Below the pieces are notes generated by a model. It searched no databases and was not told the DNA's origin. It saw only the letters and a list, made by a program, of their open reading frames with translations. Below, in pieces: positions 56,854 through 64,000 of a DNA stretch of 64,000 nt. Positions within the stretch are counted from its first letter, which is position 1. Each line of letters starts with the position of its first letter. Source of the DNA: an uncultured Hyphomicrobiales bacterium (GTDB taxonomy: Bacteria > Bacteroidota > Ignavibacteria > Kapaibacteriales > UBA2268); contig CAYYPE010000001.1 of assembly GCA_964473465.1 (NCBI GenBank), positions 310,789-374,788 of the forward strand, read 5' to 3'. Position numbers and translations under genes: made by a program.

Positions 56854-59800
56854 TCAATGAGAGATTATAATACTATCAAATATTAAATCAAGACCATTGG
56901 ATATTATTAAAGTATAGTATCCAGAAGGAATATTTTCTGTATTGATTGTTATTGTATTTTTTCCAGCGTTGCTTAAACTCAAGTTCTTAGAAATAATTTT
57001 ATTGCCTGATAAATCAAACAGATCAATATTAACTGAAGAAGATTCATCTACAGATAAATCCAGAGATACTCTATTATTAGCAGGATTAGGATGAATCTGG
57101 TTTAGAACAATTCCATATTCACCCGGATTATCAGGGTATGATTCCTTATATCTAGCAGTTCTGAAAGTAACAGGATTGTTTGTTGCTGTTTCTTCGTTGA
57201 AGACAGCGGAGCCGTCTGTGGGATCACCGTTATATGCGAAAATCCTGATATAATATCTTGTAATGGAGCTTAATCCAGTAATTCTCAGAGAATTATTATC
57301 ACCAAAATACACAATTTTTCCATATCCAATCGAGGGTGCCTGACTGAAATTGTTATTGAAATTTGAGTAGGTTGTATTTGATTGAGGAATTTCAGACGAA
57401 CTGATTGGATAACCCTGACGCATAACAACAAATGAACCCTCTCCGTTTCCTCTTGACCAATTAATTTGAATAGAATTGTTAGTAATATTTAAAGATGTAA
57501 TATTATAATCCTGAACATTAGGAGGATTAAGTTCCTCATCGTCTTGCTGTTCCTCTTCGGTTGTAAACGAAATCTGAGAACCGTAAGATATTCCGTTTGT
57601 ATTCAAAGCATAAGATCTTGCATAGTATGTGGTTGCGGGATTTAAGTCATAGATAGAAGAAGAGAAACTTCCAAGCCCAGAGCCAGATTGGACTTTGGAG
57701 GAGTTATAATCAGGGTTTTGAGCTGTGCTATAGCAAATACCTCTTTCTGTAACAGTTGAACCACCATCGTCAGAGACATTTCCTGAAATATTGACAGAAT
57801 TAGTTGTTAAATCACTATAATCACCCGTTGAGACAGTTGGAGGAACAGAGTTAGTAGTAAAAGAAACTTGATTGCCGTAAGAAGTTCCAACGGAGTTAGT
57901 TGCAAAAGATTTAACATAATATGTCTGCCCCGGTCTAAGGTTTGACATAGAAGCGTTAAAAGATCCAAGCCCAGAGCCTGAGGTCAGCTTGGTTCTTGAT
58001 ATATCCGGGTTTGGATCAGTGCTATAGCAAAAACCTCTTTCGGTAACTGACGAGTTTCCATCATTTGTAACTTCGGACGAAAGATAAGCAGAATTTGAGG
58101 TAATATCCGAGATTTGAGAATTTGAAACCGAAGGTGGTGCTAAAGTTGTGAATGATTCTTCTTCTCCATAAATTGTATCGCTTGAAGTTATAGCATAAGA
58201 TCTGAAATAATAAGTTGTTCCGTGATTAAGGTTTTCTATACTTGTAGAATAAGAGCCTGTCCCAGAACCGTTATTAGTTCTGTTATGTCTGATAGTTGGA
58301 TTTGAGTTCTGGCTCCAGCATATTCCTTTACTGAGCACTTGAATTCGATTAGCACGAACATTTCCACCGAGAGTAGCACTATTGGAAGTTATATCATCAG
58401 GGTCTAAAGTAACTACTTCGATTGAAGCATTAGAATTCTGCGTTGCATAAGCACGAACGCAGACATCATAAGTATATCTTGTGTTTGATCCAATCTGCAG
58501 CCATGTTCTGCCAGTATTACTAATCCAGCATTTTCCGGATTCGATTTCCGGGGAGCAATAACCTGAAATACTTCTTTCTATAGGTATTGGATAGCGATAA
58601 TTGGGTGTGTAATATTGAATTTTGATGAAAAAGTCTGTGTTTGCATTTATAGATATTGCCTCATCCAGTTCAAATGTATAATAACCTGGAAATTCACAAC
58701 TTAAATTACTGACACTTCCGAGTAAATTCGAAAGAGTATTATTCTGGAAGTTACCATAAACTTCGATAGATATAATTGAATTGTAACTGTTAATCCATGT
58801 TCCGATTTTGGAAATTGTCTGGTTAGAAGTTGATGTATATTTTACAAGAGCATAACCAGTATTGCCGCCGAAACCAATTTGACGAACGGCACCCACTTCA
58901 TCGTAATAATATAGATGTTCGATGGATGAAGCATTTTCTCTTGAAACCCAGACAGCAGTTTCTCCGTTAATTCTTGTATCGTTGTAAGCAATATAGAAAT
59001 AACCATTTTCTCCCCATGAACTTCCCCAGCTGTTTTTTGCAATCCAAGCACCTGTAGAAGTTCTACCATTAACAGTTACGCTCATATTATCATTCCATCC
59101 TACCAGAAGAACGGCATGATTCTGTGCTGCAGAACCTGTGTAACGGTAGGTTTTTGCACTTGAATTATAGTATCTTTCGGACCATGTCAAACTTGTAAAT
59201 ACTCCACCATATTGCATAATTATATTTTTTAGAACATCTTCATAACCTGAGTTCGACCTGTTAGGAAGGTAATATAAATTTGAAATGAAAGCAATAGGAT
59301 TAGCAGAAGAATTACAATTTTGAGAATAATCTCGGTAATTATCATCGCTTTCTGAAATGATCCCCTTGATTGTTAAATAGGAAGAAGCAATCTCAGAATT
59401 ACCACCGTCACAGGCAGACCAGAGGAAATTATGGCAGTTTTTCATGTTGTTTTCTGAAAGGTCATAATTGCCATAGCTATTCAACAACCAATTTGACTCA
59501 ACAGATCCAATGCTTGCAAATGCCCAACAGGAGCCACAATTCCCCTGATTTTTCACAGAAGTCATATAATTTTGATTTCTTAGGTCATAACTTGCCGGTG
59601 GGTCGGACATTATTTGGTCATCCTTTGAACTTTTGGAAATACCTGTATTTTTGGGATAAGGCATAGGAATATAACCATAATTCTTGACGGTTCCATCGAA
59701 ATCAGGTTTAATTTGAGTTTTTTCAGAATTCAAATACTCAATATATTGTTGATTTACTGATGGTTCCTGAGGCTCTGGAATTTCTGCATAAATAACAAAT

Positions 59801-59871
59801 TTTTGAATTATAATGATGAATACCATCATTATCAATTTGTTTAGATTTTTTCCCATTGTTAATCCTTTCAT
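56854..59871 (-). CDS. Papain-family (C1A) cysteine protease with FN3/Ig-like repeats and T9SS C-terminal sorting domain
   Basis: Signal peptide. Active-site Cys context QGNCGSCWAFASIGSVESNW, His (NHAVLLVGWND), Asn/Trp (NSWGSSWGENGYFYIAYN). Three ~90-aa repeats (..TSNSA.L..V..DG.S.VTERG.CYST..NP...). CTD IHPNPANNRVSLDL...IDLFDLSGNKI...GYYTLIISNG. Confidence 0.8.
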   Translation of the reverse strand: MKGLTMGKNLNKLIMMVFIIIIQKFVIYAEIPEPQEPSVNQQYIEYLNSEKTQIKPDFDGTVKNYGYIPMPYPKNTGISKSSKDDQIMSDPPASYDLRNQNYMTSVKNQGNCGSCWAFASIGSVESNWLLNSYGNYDLSENNMKNCHNFLWSACDGGNSEIASSYLTIKGIISESDDNYRDYSQNCNSSANPIAFISNLYYLPNRSNSGYEDVLKNIIMQYGGVFTSLTWSERYYNSSAKTYRYTGSAAQNHAVLLVGWNDNMSVTVNGRTSTGAWIAKNSWGSSWGENGYFYIAYNDTRINGETAVWVSRENASSIEHLYYYDEVGAVRQIGFGGNTGYALVKYTSTSNQTISKIGTWINSYNSIISIEVYGNFQNNTLSNLLGSVSNLSCEFPGYYTFELDEAISINANTDFFIKIQYYTPNYRYPIPIERSISGYCSPEIESGKCWISNTGRTWLQIGSNTRYTYDVCVRAYATQNSNASIEVVTLDPDDITSNSATLGGNVRANRIQVLSKGICWSQNSNPTIRHNRTNNGSGTGSYSTSIENLNHGTTYYFRSYAITSSDTIYGEEESFTTLAPPSVSNSQISDITSNSAYLSSEVTNDGNSSVTERGFCYSTDPNPDISRTKLTSGSGLGSFNASMSNLRPGQTYYVKSFATNSVGTSYGNQVSFTTNSVPPTVSTGDYSDLTTNSVNISGNVSDDGGSTVTERGICYSTAQNPDYNSSKVQSGSGLGSFSSSIYDLNPATTYYARSYALNTNGISYGSQISFTTEEEQQDDEELNPPNVQDYNITSLNITNNSIQINWSRGNGEGSFVVMRQGYPISSSEIPQSNTTYSNFNNNFSQAPSIGYGKIVYFGDNNSLRITGLSSITRYYIRIFAYNGDPTDGSAVFNEETATNNPVTFRTARYKESYPDNPGEYGIVLNQIHPNPANNRVSLDLSVDESSSVNIDLFDLSGNKIISKNLSLSNAGKNTITINTENIPSGYYTLIISNGLDLIFDSIIISH

Positions 59872-60376
59872 TTTAAATACAACTTGTCTTTTATAATTTT
59901 TTTAGTTCTTACTTAAGTAGCTAAACTATAGTAAATTATGAAAAACAGGCACCTCCATTTTCCTCCATAAATTGTTAAGAAAGGATGAAATCAGACATTA
60001 CTTTTTTTGAGTTCTGATCAGTAATAAGACAGGTGAATTAATACTATAGTAAAAAAAGGTTCAAAGAAAATGACAATATGAATTAAAAGGAATGTCTAAA
60101 AAAATAATGCAGGATAAAAGAATTTAATAAAATATTTTTTTCAAATTATTCTGATTAAGCCCATAAAATCTAAATCACTTGTTATCAATATGTTAATTTT
60201 TATTAAAAATCTAAAGTAATCAAATAAAAAGTCGAAATAAAAAAATGATTTACAAAAAAATCTAAGTAAATGATTGAAAAATATCTATAAATCGGTTAGA
60301 AAAAGAAAATAAAATGACTAAATCATCTAAAAGTAAACTTTCAATTTTATTTGTATCACTAATAATTGGTGACTTA

Positions 60377-63300
60377 TGCGTTTAGTAAAACTTCTTATCA
60401 CACTGTTGCTGATTGCTTTAATCAGCGATTTTTCGTACTCTGCACCACCAACAGTGCAGGCGACGAATATTACATTCAGCAGTGTAACTACAAGTTCAAT
60501 GAGGATAAGTGTTACCCGTGGTAACGGTTCCAGAAGAATAATTGTAGTGTCACAGCATTCAACAAGCACTCCGGTTACAATAGCTAATCCGGTTGATTTT
60601 TCAGCAGGATATCAGGCGAGTAGTGACTGGAATAATGGCAGTCCTTCTGGCACAGATATTAATTCTGGTGATCAGAACGACTATATCGTTTATGATGGAA
60701 CAGGCAGGTATGTTACTTTAACAAACCTTGTTGCCGGTGCATATTATACCGTCAAAGTATTTGAGTATAATGGAACCGGATTTGCAACAGCTGAATATTT
60801 AACATCAAATGGAAGTTCCGGAAACCCGAGAACAACCAATATCACACCAGCAGCACCAACAGATTTAACTGTATCAAATGTTTCTAACGGAGAATTTCAG
60901 GCAGGTTGGACAGATCCAACAGGAGTTTTCGATGGTTATGAATTTAGACTTGATGGCACAGATAATACAAATTGGGGTGACTTGATTGAAGGCTATGACC
61001 CGGCAGATTTGGGAGATGATGCCAATCCTTTGACAGTTGAAGATTTGGATTCAGACGAAGATTATTATTGGCAAATTAGATCAAAATCAGGTTACAGGTA
61101 TAGCTCATGGGCAACATATTCTCAAGCAGTAACAACTCTACCCGATCCACCAACAATAAGCAATCCACCTGCAGCAATTTGTTACAATACAACTGCAACT
61201 ATTGACCCAGACGATGTGGCAAATTATCAATTTAGATTCTATGACGCATCAACTGGCGGAAACAGACTTGATAATGGAGGAGCTAATGCAGGCGTGGATA
61301 CATGGGAAACACCACAACTAACACAAATAACAAATTATTGGGTTTCTTCATTTAATACAACAACTTTACTCGAAAGTGATACCAGAACGCAAGTAACTGT
61401 TCAGGTAATACAATTGCCAGACTTTACAGGCAATCAGCCAAGTAATGCAACTGTTTGCGAAGGTTCTTCGCATCAGTTCACATCTACCCCTTCTAATGCA
61501 GATGAGTATAAATGGCAAAGAAATGATGGGAATGGATATGTTGATATTGATGGAACATTAGACGGAGGAGTTTATAGTGGATTTGCAACAACCACACTTA
61601 CAATTTCGGATGTGACTGTTTTGGATGGCTATTCTTATAAATTATTAGCTAAAAATCAAGGCTGTCCAGTTGGCTGGAGTGAATCGGATGAAGCAGTTCT
61701 GACAGTTCCGCTCGAGCCCGATTTTACAGGCAATCAGCCTTCGGATGCAACCAAATGCCAGGGCTCCACTCATTCATTCACATCGGATCCACTCAATGCA
61801 GATGAATACAAATGGCAAAGAAATGATGGCAATGGATATGTTGATATAGATGGAACATTAGATGGAGGAGTTTATAGTGGATTTGCAACAATAACTTTGC
61901 AGATTTCAGATGTAACTGGATTAAACGGTTATCAATACAGGCTTCTGGCAAGAAATAGCGGATGTCCGACAGCATGGGCAAATTCAAATCCAGCAACGCT
62001 GACAGTACCAACTGAACCAGACTTTACAGGCAATCAACCAAGTGATGCAACTGTTTGTCAGGGTAGTAACCATCAATTTACTTCCGCACCATCCAATGCA
62101 GATGAATACAAATGGCAGAGAGACGATGGTAATGGATATGATGATATAGATGGAACAATAGATGGAGGAGTCTATAGTGGATTTACAACAACCACACTGA
62201 CAATTTCTGATGTAACTGGTTTAAATGGATACATATACAGATTGCAAGCACGAAACAGTGAATGTCCGACAGCATGGGCAAATTCAAATCCCGCAACATT
62301 GACAGTGCCAACCGAGCCAGACTTTACAGGCAATCATCCAAGCGACGCAACTGTTTGCGAAGGTTCTTCGCATCAATTCACATCTACCCCATCAAATACC
62401 AATGAATACAAATGGCAGAGAGATGATGGTAATGGATATGATGATATAGATGGAACAATAGACGGAGGAGTATATAGTGGATTCACAACAACCACACTTA
62501 CGATATCCGATGTTACTGGTTTAGATGGTTATGAATACAGGTTATTGGCAAGAAACAGCGGATGTCCGACAGCATGGACAAATTCAAATGCTGCAACACT
62601 GACAGTAACACCATTGCCGGTATTTACAACACAACCACAGAGTATTGAGGTTTGTACCTATGGAACCGGTGAATTTTCTGCAGTTGTTACTCCCCAGACA
62701 GAAGTAAAATGGCAATATTCTCTTGATGAGAATACTTGGAGTGATGTGCCCGATAATGATGTATTTGATGGTGTGAATACATTCATTTTAACAATTGATG
62801 ATGTTAGTGGTCTTGATGATTATTATTTCCGTTTAATTGCAAGAAATAATAACTGTCCAACTAACTGGCTGGCATCAAATACAGTAACAATAAGCTATTT
62901 GCCCGACCCCCAATTTACAACTCATCCACAAAGCCATTCGGTTTGCGATGGAAATTCAACACAATTTACAGTAACAACAAGTATTCCTGCAGAATATCAA
63001 TGGCAGATATTTGATGTTGGTTGGAACTATTTAACTGATGGAGGTGTTTATTCCGGAACCAACACAGCAACGCTTCAAATTTCGGACGTTACTGGATTGA
63101 ACGGAAAAAGATACAGGGCAAGAGCTTATAATCCAAGCTGTCCATTAAACTTAATGACATCTGATGAAGCTACATTGACAGTTATTGATCAACCAACATT
63201 GGTTAGTTCACCAGCAGATGCTGATGTATGCGAAAATAGTCAGCACGATTTCAGTGCACAGTTTAATAATGCTTCCACTTATCAATGGCAATACAGAGAA

Positions 63301-64000
63301 AATGAACTTTCATCATGGGCATCTGTTCCAGATAATGACGATTTTGATGATGTAACAACATCAACTCTGCATATAGCAAATGTAAATAATTATGATGGTT
63401 ATCAGTTCAGAGCTTTAGCATTTAATACAGGAAATTGCCCAACAGAAGGCATTCCTTCCAATCATGCTACTTTGACAGTAAGTATGTATCCAGATTTCAC
63501 TGGTAATCATCCAGATGATGCAACTATATGTGAGGGAACAGACCATACATTCACCTCAGTTCCTGCAAATGCAAATGAATATAAATGGCAGAGAAATGAT
63601 GGTAATGGTTTTGTTGATATTGACGGCACCCTTGATGGTGGTGTTTATTCGGGATTTACAACAACTTCGCTTGTTATTTCGGATGTTAGTGGCTTAAATG
63701 GATTCACTTACAAGTTATTAGCAAGAAATAATGGATGCCCGACAGAATGGGTATCTTCCAATTCTGCAACTTTAACAGTACCACAGGAGCCTGACTTTAC
63801 CAATGGTCAGCCTGAGGATGCTACAGTTTGTGAAGGCAGCAGCCATTCATTTGTTGCAAATCCAACCAATGCTGATGAATTTAGATGGCAGAGAAACGAT
63901 GGTAATGGTTATCAAGATATTGATGAAAATACTGATAATGGTGTATATACAGGTTATAATACTGCCACATTAAATATAAGTGATGTAACTGGTTTGGATG
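60377..64000 (+). CDS. Giant secreted FN3 + Ig-like-repeat surface protein, partial (continues beyond the window end)
   Basis: ATG at 60377 and signal peptide MRLVKLLITLLLIALISDFSYSA. Two FN3-like domains. From about 61117 there are at least 9 tandem ~100-aa Ig-like units (P.FTGNQPSDATVC.GS.H.FTS.PSNADEYKWQRNDGNGY.DIDGT.DGGVYSGF.TTTLTISDV.GL.GY.YRLLARNSGCP). I translated it with no stop through at least 61740 by hand; the 300-bp repeat units keep the frame through 64000. It is not in the ORF track because it has no stop in the window. Confidence 0.8.
61117..64000 (+). repeat. 300-bp in-frame tandem repeat array (Ig-like domain units)
   Basis: Unit starts at about 61417, 61717, 62017, 62317, 62617, 62917, 63217, 63490 and 63790. 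Adjacent units 62017 and 62317 share about 95% nucleotide identity over long stretches (e.g. gatgaatacaaatggcagaga(c/t)gatggtaatggatatgatgatatagatggaacaatagacggagg). Confidence 0.85.

Noticed and set aside
60327-60569. 80-aa minus-strand ORF
   Set aside because: It overlaps the start and signal peptide of the plus-strand giant Ig-repeat gene (ATG 60377), which is strongly supported.
61410-64000. Regular 300-bp direct repeats considered as a possible CRISPR array or mobile-element repeats
   Set aside because: The period is far too long. There are no short conserved repeats separated by unique spacers. The repeats are in-frame and encode Ig-like domains with conserved Cys/Trp positions.

Overview
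This is a low-GC (roughly 33-36%) window that looks like an FCB-group bacterium (Bacteroidota/Ignavibacteriota-like). The evidence is a bacillithiol bshC gene, a Chlorobi-type LDH-like mdh, several proteins with type IX secretion system (T9SS) C-terminal sorting domains, and Bacteroidota-style promoter motifs. There are no rRNA/tRNA genes, no CRISPR array, and no transposase or integrase.

Positions 1 to about 45,350 are a densely packed core-genome stretch. It contains: prfB with its programmed +1 frameshift, rho, a QmoA/QmoB-like HdrA-family flavoprotein pair, dut-fmt-methionine gamma-lyase, mdh, gltA, a bshC operon, dacB, htpG, queA, a tandem UmuD-like S24 pair, a hybrid histidine kinase, cobB, a subtilisin, rpmI-rplT-pheS, wzz-wzy-mrdA, a DnaQ-GIY-YIG nuclease, and an rRNA m5C methyltransferase.

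Positions 45,350 to 64,000 are an accessory cell-surface island with 500-650 bp AT-rich spacers. It holds a small T9SS cargo protein, a 2283-aa glycine-rich fibre-like giant protein with phage-tail-fibre-like repeats, an FN3-type T9SS protein, a papain-family (C1) protease with a T9SS C-terminal domain, and a giant Ig-like-repeat protein built of 300-bp tandem repeats that runs off the window end.

The most interesting items are the complementary tandem UmuD-like pair (one copy has a cleavage site but no catalytic Ser, the other has the Ser/Lys dyad but no cleavage site, and there is no umuC), the orphan QmoAB-like pair, the unusually short prfB ORF0, and the repeat-rich surface-protein island.
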